A stretch of 63,527 nucleotides of DNA, the filler included, from Fonticula-like sp. SCN 57-25 (taxonomy: Eukaryota), in the NCBI GenBank assembly GCA_001724245.1. It is 3 parts of 3 records of this genome, joined end to end, with 100 filler letters (N's around TTAATTAATTAA, not from the genome) between each part and the next. Parts side by side here need not be neighbours in the genome. Positions count along the whole stretch, not along the records: positions 1 to 22,030 come from MEDX01000077.1; 2 more parts are not named here. The stretch is one strand, 5' to 3'. The notes beneath the pieces are model-generated. The model saw only the letters and a list, made by a program, of their open reading frames with translations, was not told the DNA's origin and made no database searches. Of this stretch, positions 1 to 10,804 are shown piece by piece (position 1 is the first letter of the stretch; every line of letters begins with the position of its first letter). The position numbers and the translations under genes are program-made.

Positions 1-289
1 GGGAAACAAGTGGCGGGAAACAATTTGTGGATCTGGATCGACTTCGATCTGGATTGATTCTCATTTTAGACAAGTACTTTTCTCATTTTAGACTCGGCCC
101 AGAGATTATTGTTGTTCAAACTCGGAATGGAGTCAGGTCCAGATTCATGGGCTGAATCCGGGGCTGAGTATGACGTGATAATCAGCCAGTCATGTCTCGG
201 CAAAAGTGTGCGGGTCACGGTCGGGAGCGTCGCGTTACTCTTCTCGTGCTCCTTTCCTACTCCCCAGCGCGTCGATCTACCTGCCCGCC

Positions 290-779
290 ATGGATCACAG
301 CATGCCCATGGCCTTTTACTTTGGTTACGACCATGTGACCGTCCTCTTTGAAAAGTGGCACGTCATGGGCGACCCCGCCGGTACGCGATCCTCATGCTGA
401 TGCCCCATGTGCATGCGGCTGACACAGCGTAGGGTTTGCCTGGATGTGCATTGGCGTGTTCGTGATGGGCATCGTCTACGAGGTTATCCAGTCGCTCCAG
501 TTTGCGTACGACCGCAAGTACCTTCGCGCGATGGGGACGCGGCCGTACTCGGCATTTGACAGCGATGCGACGCAGGATCCGCCGGCCTTTGATTGGCGCG
601 CGCAGCTTGTCCGCTCGCTGCTCTACTTTGTGAGCACGTCGCTGTCGCTGGCGCTCATGCTCGTCGTCATGACGTTCAACGCGGGGCTCTTCCTGTCGGT
701 AGTGGGCGGCCAGGCGCTCGGGTTTTTTCTATTTCGCCGACAGAGGTACACGTCGGAGACTCCCATCAACTGTCACTAG
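290..779 (+). CDS. CTR1: Ctr-family high-affinity copper transporter (2 exons; intron 381-432)
   Basis: Met/His N-terminus MDHSMPMAFYFG, MxxxM motif (LMLVVMTFN) and GxxxG (GQALG) in TM3. The GTACGC...GCTGAC...TAG intron joins the two ORFs in frame. Confidence 0.9.
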
Positions 780-1072
780 AAAGATCGTCTAGACCGACCG
801 TGAGTCGCTGCACATATTCACTTTAGGCAAACACATACACTATGTTGCTTTTATTCATGCCATTTTTATGTTGAAATTTCGGGCAATGTATATTTCTTGT
901 ACCCCCAAACTCAATACATGCTCATATACACACTGATCTCGTTAAGTGTTCAAAGTAAAATTACAACTTTGCATGTCGTGAGCGCTCTGACAAAGATGTA
1001 TCAATGTTTGTATATTAAAAAAGTCGAAAAACACATATGATAATACTACACGGATGCTGCGAATGCGATGCT

Positions 1073-4000
1073 TTACGAGGGCCACTGGCCCGTCTTTTCA
1101 TAGATTGCGCGCTTCCACGCCGGCAGCTTATCGAGCTTTGCCTTGATCTCTGCAGCCTCTGCCTCCTGCTTGTGCGCGAGCGCGACCTCTGCCTCCTTGC
1201 GCTTCTTCTCCATCATGGCCTGCTTCCACGCGGGCTCATTACCGGTCGGCGCCGGCGGCAGCGCCATACTGCTTGTCGACCCGCCGGCGGGCGCGACACC
1301 CGCTGCAACCGACAAGGCCGCGGCGGACGACGAGAGTGCCGGCGACGACGCGGACGCAGCTGGCGACCCAAAGCGCGGCGGCGCCGAACCCCTTGACAGC
1401 GACCCTGAAGCTGAAGCTGACCTAGCCGGACCGGGCGTCGGCGTGAGCGGCGCTGCCGCAGAGAACGACGCGCCAGGCGTCGGCGACAGCACCGTCACGG
1501 GCGACGACGAGCGAGCCTGCCTCGCCTGACGCTCGGCGAGAATCTGCGAGCGCTTCCACGGCGGCAGCTGCGCGAGCTTGGCCTCCTCCTGCTGGCGCTC
1601 GCGCTCGGCGGCGCCCTCGCGCTCCTTGATCTTGTCGTGGTAGCGCTGTACGTTGAGATGGAACTGCAGCTGGCGCTTGATCTCCTTCTCCTCGAGCCAA
1701 GCGGGGTTGGCCGCAAGACGAGCCTCGAGCTCCTCGCGCGATGGCGTGCCCGGCGGGATTTCCGGCGCCTCGGGGGGTATCGGGTCGTTCAGCATCTTTG
1801 CCACGGCGGCGCTCTTTTCCTCGCCAAAGAAAGTGCTCTCAGAGCGCATGCGAGACCGCGACGCAACATCAAGAACGCGGCCAGGTGTCGCCTGCGGCGC
1901 CGGCGCAGCGGCGGGTGCGGCCACGGGCGACGCGCCGGTGGCCTCGCGCTGAGCGACGAGCGCAGCGCCGTCGATGCCCTTCTTGCGCAGCATGTCGCGC
2001 TTCCACGGCGGCAGCTTGTTAAACTCTGCATCGGCGTCCACCTTGACCTTTTCGATCGACTTGAGGTACTCGTTGTACTTTTCGTGCTGCCCGACGAGCT
2101 GCAGCAGTTTCTTGAGCTCCTTCTCCTCCTGCCAGCCGGGCGCGGCGCGCAGGCGCGACTCGATCTCGTCGCGCGGCGGGCAGTTGTCCGGCAGCGGCGG
2201 CGGCGGCTGCATCGTGGGGGCAGCGGGTTCGGGCTCGGGCGGTGGCGGCGGCGGCGCAGTCACGGCGGCGGCCGCAGCGGCAACCGACACGCGCGGTGTG
2301 AGGGAAGCCGGCGGCGGCGGCGGCATCGGAGCACCACCGGGAACGGCAGCAGGGGGCGGCGGCGGCGGGAGGCCAGCGGCGGCCGGCGCACCGGCTTCGG
2401 CACTGTCCGCGCCGCCCTCGAGCGGGTTGATGCGCGTGCGCATAAACTCTGCCTTTGCCATTGCGGCGGCGGCGGTGGCGGCAGCGGCCGCTTCCTCCTC
2501 TGCGCGCTTCTTTGCAGCAAGACCCGCAGCAGACTTTTCCTCCTCTTCGCGGCGGATCCTCTCCTCCTCTTCGCGGGCGAGCCTCTCCTCCTCCTCGCGC
2601 TTCTTGCGCTCTTCCTCCTCCTTGCGCTTGCGCTCGACCTCTGCCTTGAGGCGCGCGAGACGCTGCGCCTGGATCTGGGCGAGGCGCATCTCGAGCAGGG
2701 CGGCGGGCTTGTCGCGCAAAAAGAGCTTGCTGCGGCCAAACTGGTAGTCGCCGACGGCGAGGCCGAGCTGCTTGACGAGGTCGACGCCCGACTGGCGCGC
2801 GTCGCGGTACGGAGGTGCAAACACCTTGCGCTCGTCCGGCGGCAGCATGAACGCGAACCGCTCGATAAAGTCGGCAAACATGTAGCGGACGGGGAAGCCC
2901 TCGCGGCGGATACGCACCGTCTCGAGCATGCCAGAGTACCGCAGCTGCTTGGTGACAAAGTCATTCACGAAAGAGTCGGGCACCTGCTGCAGGTTGGGCT
3001 TGATGCAGCGCACGAAATAAGGCTGCGCGCGGCGCAGCACAACCATGAGGTCGTCCAGCGACGACTTGAACTGCAGGCTGACCGTCGGCACGCGGCGCTT
3101 CATCGTGTTGGTCGTCGACTCATCGCGCGAGTTGGCGGCGCCCGCGCCGCCCGCGTTGCCCGAAAAGCCAAACAGGCGCGCAATGAACGGCAGCTGGCTG
3201 TCCAGGAACGCCTCGAGCAGCTCGCCGCTCACAATGTCGCGGTTCTTTTCGAGGAAGAGGCTCGAGTCGTACGACACGGCGCCTGCGTAGTGGCGCACGA
3301 TAAAGGACGAGCGCGAAAGGCGGTCGACCTCAAAGTTGGGGTGGCCCTTGAAACCCGCCGCGAAGCGCTGCATGAGCGAGTCGGTCGTCGCCTTGGGAAA
3401 GTAGCTCTGCTCGTCGAGCACGTCCAGCAGGCCCGCGTTCTTCTCCGTGATCATGTCGAGGCACGCCTTGTTATCCATAAAGGTGATCTCGGTAAGCTTG
3501 AGGCCCTCGTGCTTGTACTCGAGCTGCTCAAGCTTGAAAATGTACTCGTTAAAGTAGTCCTGCAGCTGCTCATTCGCAAGATTAATGCAAAACTGCTCAA
3601 ATGAATTGCGCTCAAAATTCTCAAAACCAAAAATGTCCAAAACGCCAATGCAGCGGCCCTTAAAGTCGTCCGCCACCGACATGAGCGGCGTCCGGCCGGG
3701 CGTCCGCGCGGGCGCCCCGCTCGACCCGCCCACCGCAATGTTGCGGTTCACCGTCTCAATGATGGACGAGAACAGGCGGCCGTAGAGGTACTTTGCGAGC
3801 GCATCACGCGCGTCGCGCGACTTTTCAATCTGTAGCCGCGTCGTGATGAGCTCGCCGCGGATAAAGCTGGTGCGGTTGAGGAGCGGCTTGACGAGGCTCT
3901 GGACGGGCATGTCGAGCACGGCGCAGACGGCCTCGAGCGGCTCGGGCGTGCTCACGTCCAGCACCAGGTCCTTGTCCGACGGGTCAGCCGAAAAGTCAAT

Positions 4001-4972
4001 GTTGCCGAGGTGAAGGACGGCCGCGACCGTGCGGAACACGTCGTCCTGCTCCTCAGGCGTAAACATGGTCATGGCCTCGCGCAGCTCGGCGTACATCTTG
4101 GCATCGTTGACGCCGTCGATCGTCGTGCAGCCGCTCTTGTTGAGGTAGCGAAAGTCGGCGGGGCGCATGGAGCCGAGGCGGAGCATCTCGCGCTCCTCGG
4201 GCGACGCGCCGGCGAGCAGCTGGTAAAAAATGTGGTAGTTACGCTCGCGGCTCGCCTGATGCACGACGCGCGACTTTTCCAAAAGGTACTCGCGGACGCG
4301 CGCGCCGACAAGCACGTTGTCAACAAACTGGAGCTCGGTGAACTTGCCAAAGCGCGACGAGTTGTTGTTGTACACCGTCTTGGCATTACCAAAGGCCTCG
4401 AGCACAACGTTCACGTTGAGAATGCCCATCTGGACGTCCGAGGACTGGCCCTCAAGCGACGCCATGTAGCGGCAGATAAACTTCATGCTCTCCGTCTTGC
4501 CGGCACCGCTCTCACCGGAAATAATAAAGGCCTGATCGACGCCCGACGACATGAGCGCGGCGTACGCCTTTTCGGCAAGCGAGTAGATGTGGGGCGGCAT
4601 CTGCGTGATGGCCTTGCCGCGGAACGACGTCGGGTTCTCATAAAGACCCTTTACTTTTTTGAAGGAATTGACGGCCACAAGAATGGATCCAATGTATGTC
4701 TGAAGTGGGGCTATTAGCCAAACAAAGCGGGGGGAAAAGCCACGTACGTAGATGTTGTCGCGATCGTAGCGCAGCTCGAGGTTGCGCAGAATAGTCGGCT
4801 CGTCGAGGTTGTCCAGCGCAATCATGTCGTTGACGCCATTCTCGCCGAGCGCCTCTTGCGTCTTTTGCGAGGCGTCAAGACCGCTAATCGGCTTGTACAA
4901 GTCCTCGTCGACGTCCTCGAGTGCGGCGAGATCCGCCGCGCTAATACCCATCCCTTTAAGGGTCTCCTCCAT
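1073..4972 (-). CDS. Unconventional myosin heavy chain (class VII/X-like motor, SAH, Pro-rich and WKR-repeat tail); one 48-nt intron near 4700-4747
   Basis: P-loop GESGAGKT, switch I NNNSSRFGK, switch II DIFGFE, FVRCIKPN and QLRYSGMLE are all present. The in-frame insert VRGFSPRFVWLIAPLQ is a GTACGT..CTAAT..CAG intron. Confidence 0.95.
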   Translation of the reverse strand: MEETLKGMGISAADLAALEDVDEDLYKPISGLDASQKTQEALGENGVNDMIALDNLDEPTILRNLELRYDRDNIYVRGFSPRFVWLIAPLQTYIGSILVAVNSFKKVKGLYENPTSFRGKAITQMPPHIYSLAEKAYAALMSSGVDQAFIISGESGAGKTESMKFICRYMASLEGQSSDVQMGILNVNVVLEAFGNAKTVYNNNSSRFGKFTELQFVDNVLVGARVREYLLEKSRVVHQASRERNYHIFYQLLAGASPEEREMLRLGSMRPADFRYLNKSGCTTIDGVNDAKMYAELREAMTMFTPEEQDDVFRTVAAVLHLGNIDFSADPSDKDLVLDVSTPEPLEAVCAVLDMPVQSLVKPLLNRTSFIRGELITTRLQIEKSRDARDALAKYLYGRLFSSIIETVNRNIAVGGSSGAPARTPGRTPLMSVADDFKGRCIGVLDIFGFENFERNSFEQFCINLANEQLQDYFNEYIFKLEQLEYKHEGLKLTEITFMDNKACLDMITEKNAGLLDVLDEQSYFPKATTDSLMQRFAAGFKGHPNFEVDRLSRSSFIVRHYAGAVSYDSSLFLEKNRDIVSGELLEAFLDSQLPFIARLFGFSGNAGGAGAANSRDESTTNTMKRRVPTVSLQFKSSLDDLMVVLRRAQPYFVRCIKPNLQQVPDSFVNDFVTKQLRYSGMLETVRIRREGFPVRYMFADFIERFAFMLPPDERKVFAPPYRDARQSGVDLVKQLGLAVGDYQFGRSKLFLRDKPAALLEMRLAQIQAQRLARLKAEVERKRKEEEERKKREEEERLAREEEERIRREEEEKSAAGLAAKKRAEEEAAAAATAAAAMAKAEFMRTRINPLEGGADSAEAGAPAAAGLPPPPPPAAVPGGAPMPPPPPASLTPRVSVAAAAAAVTAPPPPPPEPEPAAPTMQPPPPLPDNCPPRDEIESRLRAAPGWQEEKELKKLLQLVGQHEKYNEYLKSIEKVKVDADAEFNKLPPWKRDMLRKKGIDGAALVAQREATGASPVAAPAAAPAPQATPGRVLDVASRSRMRSESTFFGEEKSAAVAKMLNDPIPPEAPEIPPGTPSREELEARLAANPAWLEEKEIKRQLQFHLNVQRYHDKIKEREGAAERERQQEEAKLAQLPPWKRSQILAERQARQARSSSPVTVLSPTPGASFSAAAPLTPTPGPARSASASGSLSRGSAPPRFGSPAASASSPALSSSAAALSVAAGVAPAGGSTSSMALPPAPTGNEPAWKQAMMEKKRKEAEVALAHKQEAEAAEIKAKLDKLPAWKRAIYEKTGQWPS

Positions 4973-5210
4973 CGACTGCGTCCCCCCGCTCGTCAGCAAC
5001 AAAACCACTTAAAGCGCACACGTACGGTAACCGCGTTCGCCATGGCGGCTGGTGGAATCGACCCGGCCTCGACTGCTTGCCGCGTTTCGCTGTGGAACGC
5101 GCCGGCCACGTGGATGGTATTCAACAGAACCGCGGCCCACCGATGCCTGTGCACATGACTGTGCACAGGCCTGCGGCAGTGTTGATGGGAGTGTGGTTCC
5201 AATGGCATCG

Positions 5211-5218
5211 CTGATTGG
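5211..5218. promoter_or_regulatory. CCAAT box (CTGATTGG) in the divergent myosin/phospholipase promoter
   Basis: Matches the NF-Y/HAP consensus CCAATCAG. The same motif recurs upstream of several other genes in the window. Confidence 0.45.
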
Positions 5219-5286
5219 TCGGTATAGATAGTGAAGGGTGTTTTGCTGGGATAGCGTGGGTAGTAGGCGCTCCCCCCTCTCTTCCG

Positions 5287-6882
5287 ATGCAGGTTCGGCT
5301 CTTGGTGGTGGCCCTCGTGCTTGCGGCCGCGGCCGTGGCGCATGGCCGCGACGACAAAATTAAGCACGTCGTGGTGCTCATGCAGGAGAACCGCAGCTTT
5401 GACCATCTCCTTGGTTATCTCAAGCGCCTTAATCCCGAGATCAATGGCCTGACCGGCAACGAGACCAACCCCCTTGACCCTAACGATCCCGACTCGCCCA
5501 TTTTCTACGTTTCGGACGACTCTGGCTACGTGACGGACCCCGATCCGGGCCATGGCGTGTACGATGTGACCGAGCAGGCGTACGGTGTCCGCGAGCACGC
5601 CCGCGACTACTACCCCCCTCCGATGGACGGCTTTGTCCAGAACTACGAGCAGCGGATCCCTGGCGGCGGCCACGAGGTCATGCGTTGCTTCTCGCCCGAG
5701 GCGCTCCCCGTGTCGACCGAGCTCGTCACCGAGTTTGGCGTCATCGACGAGTGGTTCTGCTCGGTGCCCGGCCCGACCATGCCCAACCGCTACTACCTCC
5801 TTTCGGCCACCTCGAACGGCGAGGCCGAGAACAACGTCCTCCCCATCGTCGTCGGTGCGCAGATATTCGCATATCTATTGAATTTTGACTGACAAATGTC
5901 CTTTTGTTGCCTTTTTTGTTTCTTTTTGCTTTTTATCCGCATAGGTTTCCCGCAAAAGACCATCTTTGAGATGATGGAGGATGGCGGCCTCACGTGGGCC
6001 TCGTACTTCCACGAGGCCCCCACGCCGCTCGCCTTCAAGGGCACCCGCACCCAGGGCGCGCGCGACCGCTTCTTCCACTTTTCCAAGTTTGCCGAGCACC
6101 TTGCCGAGGGCCGCCTCGCCACGCTGACGCACATTGACCCCCTGTACTATGGCGTCCCCGCCTTCCCGCCGAACGATGACCACCCCGACCACGACGTTTC
6201 GCTCGGCCAGGCGCTGTTCAAGGAGGTGTACGACATGCTCCGCGCGACGCCCATGTGGGAGAACACGCTGCTGATCATCACGTACGACGAGCACGGCGGC
6301 TTTTACGACCACTTCCCGACGCCGATCGACGTGCCCAACCCGGACGGCCAGGAGAGCGCCGAGCCGGCGTGCGACTTTACGCGCCTCGGCCCGCGCGTGC
6401 CGACCATTCTTGTGTCGCCGTGGATCGAGCGCGGTACCGTCGAGCACGGCGCGTCGGGCCCGCAGCCGTCGTCGCAGTACGACCACGCGTCGCTCGCCGC
6501 CACGCTCCGCGAAATGTTTGACCTGCCCGGCCCGCTCAACGAGCGCGACGCGTGGGCCGGCACCTTCCACCACCTGTGGGCCAACCGCACGACGCCGCGC
6601 ACCGACACGCCGCTCACCATGCCCGACCCGCGCCCGCTCCCCGCCCTCAAAAAGGTCAACGGCCGCGAGCCGGCTTCGGGGCTGCAGCAGGAGCTCGTCT
6701 ACATGCTCGCGGGCCTCAGCGCCGACTATGACGTCAAGCCCGAGGAGATGAACGTCATCCAGGCGGCCATGTACGTCCAGAAGCAGGTCAACGAGTACTT
6801 TGGAAGGCAGATGTACCCGGAGCACCTCCTCTGGGAGCGCCACTGCGCCGGAAAGTCGCTCGTCGACGACTGCACCTACTAG
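5287..6882 (+). CDS. Secreted non-specific phospholipase C / phosphoesterase family (intron 5855-5944)
   Basis: Signal peptide MQVRLLVVALVLAAAAVAHG, followed by family motifs HVVVLMQENRSFDH, SVPGPTMPNR, DDHP, ITYDEHGGFYDH and LGPRVP. Confidence 0.92.
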
Positions 6883-7222
6883 AAAGGCGGCCGTGCCGCG
6901 TTTGCCACTTGATACATTTATCGGGTTTAGAGACAGTTAATTGCAAGTTAATATATAGGTAAAAGTGAACGTGCAAGTTTGGGTTGGGAAAATAGGCAGA
7001 GAAAGACTCAAAAGTCGTACAATACCGATAAAATAATTACACAAAAATGCTATACCAAGCCAGGAATGCTTATTCTGCAGACAGTGAACGCACCAATTCC
7101 AATGCAAAGCTACTGCAAAGCAGTTTGCATAGAACGCTGCATCGCCTGAAGTGGCATTCAAGTCCCATGATCGACTGATTGTCTGATCTGATTTCTGATT
7201 GCATCTCTTGCATCTCGCAACG

Positions 7223-7873
7223 ATGGTGCGCCGCTCGCCGCCCCTTTCTGTGCTTGCCCGGCTAATCGCTCTCTCGGTGTAGTCGACGACGTGCGATGTG
7301 GAGCCCTCCCTGGTGGAGAAGATGAAGGAGTTCCGCTTCCGCAAGGAAAAGACGAACGCGGCTCTCCTCAGTGCGCCGGTTTGATCTCGGAAACGGCGCG
7401 GCCTAACATTGTTGTTCTTTTTGCGCGCAGTCAAGATCGACAAGGACCGCCTCATGATCGAGGAGGACGAGGCCTTTGACAATGACATTTCTGTCGAGGA
7501 TCTCGCCGAGGAGCTTCCCGATACGTCGCCGCGCTACGTCGTGTACAGCTACAAGTACACTCACAAGGACGGCCGCGTCTCGTACCCGCTCATCTTCATC
7601 TACTACTGCCCGTCCAGTGCGTCCCGCGCCAGGCGCCTTTGCTTTTTTGTACTCATTTATGTGCTGCCGCAGATGTCAAGCCCGAGATCAACATGCTGTA
7701 CGCGAGCTCCAAGACGCACCTCGTCCAGACGCTCCAGGTCCAGGGCAAGGTGCGCTGTTTTTTTGCTTCTGATCTTGTGCATCGACTCACACAATGAGCA
7801 GGCCTTTGACGTGCGCAAGAAGAGCGAGCTCACCGAGGAGTGGCTCCTCGAGAAGCTCTCGTACTTCCGGTAA
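7223..7873 (+). CDS. GMF: Glia maturation factor (ADF-H, Arp2/3 debranching factor); 5 exons, first exon only ATG
   Basis: Spliced product M|STTCDVEPSLVEKMKEFRFRK..ELPDTSPRYVVYSYKYTHKDGRVSYPLIFIYYCP..MLYASSK. Introns are 7226-7282, 7371-7430, 7617-7672 and 7750-7801. Confidence 0.93.
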
Positions 7874-8006
7874 TTTCTTTTGCGCATCCCGCAGTTGCCC
7901 TAAGTGGCTCATTGAACGCACTTTTGAGTAAATGAACGGTCGATATTGAACAGAGAGAAAAATGTCCTTTTCAGTTGTCCTTTTTATTGTTGCATATATA
8001 TAGAGG

Positions 8007-8625
8007 TTAGTTGACCTCGAGAAGGCCGAGGATCATGCTGCGGGGCGCCACAATGTTAGCGCGCGAAAAACGAAACACGGTGATCGCGGCGTACCGGTAG
8101 AGGTAGTAGAAGAAGGAGAGGAGGTAGAAGACGAGCTTGATGAGGCCCTCGCGCTTGTTAAAGTCGAGCTGGGCGTACACGTTGGTCGCATCGTGGAGGT
8201 ACTTGCGGCTGAGGACCCTGTGATCGCCCCGCGCATGAGCAAAAAATACGATAAAGAGAGCGCAAATGAAACGCACTTGCGAATGTTCCACGCCAGGAGG
8301 GGAATGTTCATAAAGAACGCGATCCAGCTCATGGAAAGGAGGAACACGGTCGTGAGGATGCCGTGGGCGGCGATCTCAGGCACGACAACCTTGTTCACCT
8401 GCTTGCAAAAGTCGATCGGGTTAACGTGATCCGACTCGAGATCAGTGTACAGAATGAACTAAATTGGCGAAATGAAAAGGAGAATGACGGCAAACCACGC
8501 GTTAGATGTGGATCGAGAGAGAAAAGCGCGGTGAGGACAGGAGTGCGTACCGTGTACACCATCGCAAAGAGCAGGAGGGCCGCAGCCAGGACGGCCAAGA
8601 TGAAAAGGAACGCTTCAAAAGACAT
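8007..8625 (-). CDS. ERV14: Cornichon / Erv14 ER cargo receptor (4 exons)
   Basis: Spliced product contains TDLESDHVNPIDFC, VVPEIAAHG and IKLVFYLLSFFYYLYRMI, with three GT-AG introns. Confidence 0.92.
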
Positions 8626-8937
8626 TATCGACGGCACCCAACTGGACTACTGGAAAATTGCAACAAAAACAAGGCAGCGTCAGTAACCGCGCCGGCAGCA
8701 AGAGAGGCACGCACCGAGCGATGCCGCTGGCGGTGCTGGTACCGGCGAAAGAGGAAGAAAAAGGTCACGTGATGAACAATAGCGCAAACTGCAATCCGGA
8801 TGTCAGCGTTTGGTGTGGCGAGTTAACCGGCGGGAACGGCTTGCTATGGCGACCCGAGCTATTTTCTGGTTGACGTGTCGTGCGTGCAGTGGGCGGGCAC
8901 CGCAGAGTGTACCCGAGTGATACCTGGGCCTGCATGA

Positions 8938-10566
8938 ATGAAAGACCGCGAGGTTTTGAATGAGCGCGCGGCGCTGCTGCTAGTTATCGCCCTGTCGGCG
9001 GCCGCGACGTTGGCAATGTGGCATGGGACGCGCACTCTCGTAGAGTCCCCCCTGATGGCCTCGTTTCTAGAGTCTGACCAGCGCGGCGGCGGAGGTATGT
9101 ATCTTGGCAACAGCTGGAGCGTGTCGACGGAGGGCATCGCAGATGGCAACCGGACAGCGGTCCTATCACCGTACGCGCTCGGCCGCTCGTCGGGCGACAG
9201 CACTGGCGGCATGTACGAAGAGGATCCACACGCATACAGCGTATGTACCTTCTCCAATGTGTGTTTGTCGAGCGCCGGGATGCATATCCAGGTTGCCGAT
9301 CCCGTTAGGCGATCTCTCCTGAACACTGCCGCAGCGCTGTGCGGATCGCCCGATCCGAGCGATCGCGCACCCTTTTGCAATTGCTTTTCGCGAACATTCC
9401 CCGCCGTATTTGAGGACCCGATGCTGTCTGGCGCGCGCCGCTGGGAGCGCGGCTCACACGTGCTTGTTGACACGTACGTCAAGGGCCACCAGATCGGCCA
9501 CTGGATCGAGAAGCTTGTCCTTCTTCACAGCGTCCTGTTGCATGCTCCTCTGTACCCCGCGCTGTCGTCGGTCGACGGCATCATATTCAACCGCCTGGAC
9601 CCCCCGCTTACGGAGCACGAGGCGTTTGTTTTGCGCGTTGCGACGGCGCGCCTGCCGAGCGCTCTTGACGCGCGCCACATGCTCTGGAGCCGCGACTTTG
9701 AGTCGACGGTCGTGTCGACCGGCGCGCGCGTGGTCGGCAGCCGCTGCTTTGAGCGCGTGACATACTCGCCGCTGCTTGCGACAATTGCGCACTCGGCGGC
9801 GGACGCGAACGCGTACCGCGCGCGGGCGTACGCGCTTGCGTGGCAGGACAGCGCGGCGCGGCCGGAAGAACGGCAGCTGCTCGCGTCGTCGCTGCGGCCG
9901 CTCAGCGAGACGTGCCCGCCGCCGCGCGCGCTGCTGCTGTTCCGCGCCGAGGACATGTGGCCGCGCCGCCGTCTTATCCTCAACGGGCACGAGCTCGCCG
10001 TCGCCGTGCTGGCCGAGCTCGGCATTCACTTTGAGCTCGTCACCATCTCGGCGTCCAACACGACCGCCGAGCAGCTCGCTCTCTTTGCTTCGGCCGGGCT
10101 CGTCGTGTCGTCGCACTCGTCGCAGCTCGCAAACGTTGTGTTTGCGCCACCGCGTGCCGCCGTCGTCGAGGTCACGCCAATGTTTCAGAACGGCGACTTT
10201 GCCGCCATCGCGCTGCCAATGGGGCTCGCGTACTGGTACGCGCTCGACGGGGCGGCTGACAGCGCCGACAGCCGCGTGCAGGATGCGTTCAGAGAGGCGC
10301 GGCTGGCCGAGGAGGGGCAGAGGGAGATATTGAACAGCTGCCTGCAGCGCTTCCTGGCGTGCGACGGCGAGGCGCTCTGCCTCATTCAGGCCGACGCGGA
10401 CCTGCCGGAAGAGTGCCACGCGAGGACAAGCCCGTACAAGCTCATGCAAAAGGGTGTCAAGCACGTCGACTTTTACACAAATATCAAAACGGTGATGCGC
10501 ATACTGAAAAAGGCGGTTGGCCACCTCAACGCCGCGTGCGGGGGGCGGTGGCCGGGCCTCTCATGA
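8938..10566 (+). CDS. Type II membrane glycosyltransferase, family 61 (DUF563)-like
   Basis: N-terminal TM anchor and GT61-type segments RRLILNGHEL and EQLALFASAGLVVSSHSSQLANVVFAPPRAAVVEV. Confidence 0.7.
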   Translation: MKDREVLNERAALLLVIALSAAATLAMWHGTRTLVESPLMASFLESDQRGGGGMYLGNSWSVSTEGIADGNRTAVLSPYALGRSSGDSTGGMYEEDPHAYSVCTFSNVCLSSAGMHIQVADPVRRSLLNTAAALCGSPDPSDRAPFCNCFSRTFPAVFEDPMLSGARRWERGSHVLVDTYVKGHQIGHWIEKLVLLHSVLLHAPLYPALSSVDGIIFNRLDPPLTEHEAFVLRVATARLPSALDARHMLWSRDFESTVVSTGARVVGSRCFERVTYSPLLATIAHSAADANAYRARAYALAWQDSAARPEERQLLASSLRPLSETCPPPRALLLFRAEDMWPRRRLILNGHELAVAVLAELGIHFELVTISASNTTAEQLALFASAGLVVSSHSSQLANVVFAPPRAAVVEVTPMFQNGDFAAIALPMGLAYWYALDGAADSADSRVQDAFREARLAEEGQREILNSCLQRFLACDGEALCLIQADADLPEECHARTSPYKLMQKGVKHVDFYTNIKTVMRILKKAVGHLNAACGGRWPGLS

Positions 10567-10804
10567 GGCAATATAAGTGTTTAATATAGCAGACTGGATA
10601 AAGATATATTCATGAAACGAGGAGGGTAGCGCCTCGAAATAACAATAATGACTCTACAGCTCAATCACTCAAAGATAACCAAAAGTACACTGCGAGCAAC
10701 TAAACAATCAAATGTGAAACATAACTCGTGTGAGGGGGGTTGGAATGATACAAAATTCTGATGGATAAATATCGCCCAAGCGGCGGTCTCGGGAAGCAGC
10801 CGGC

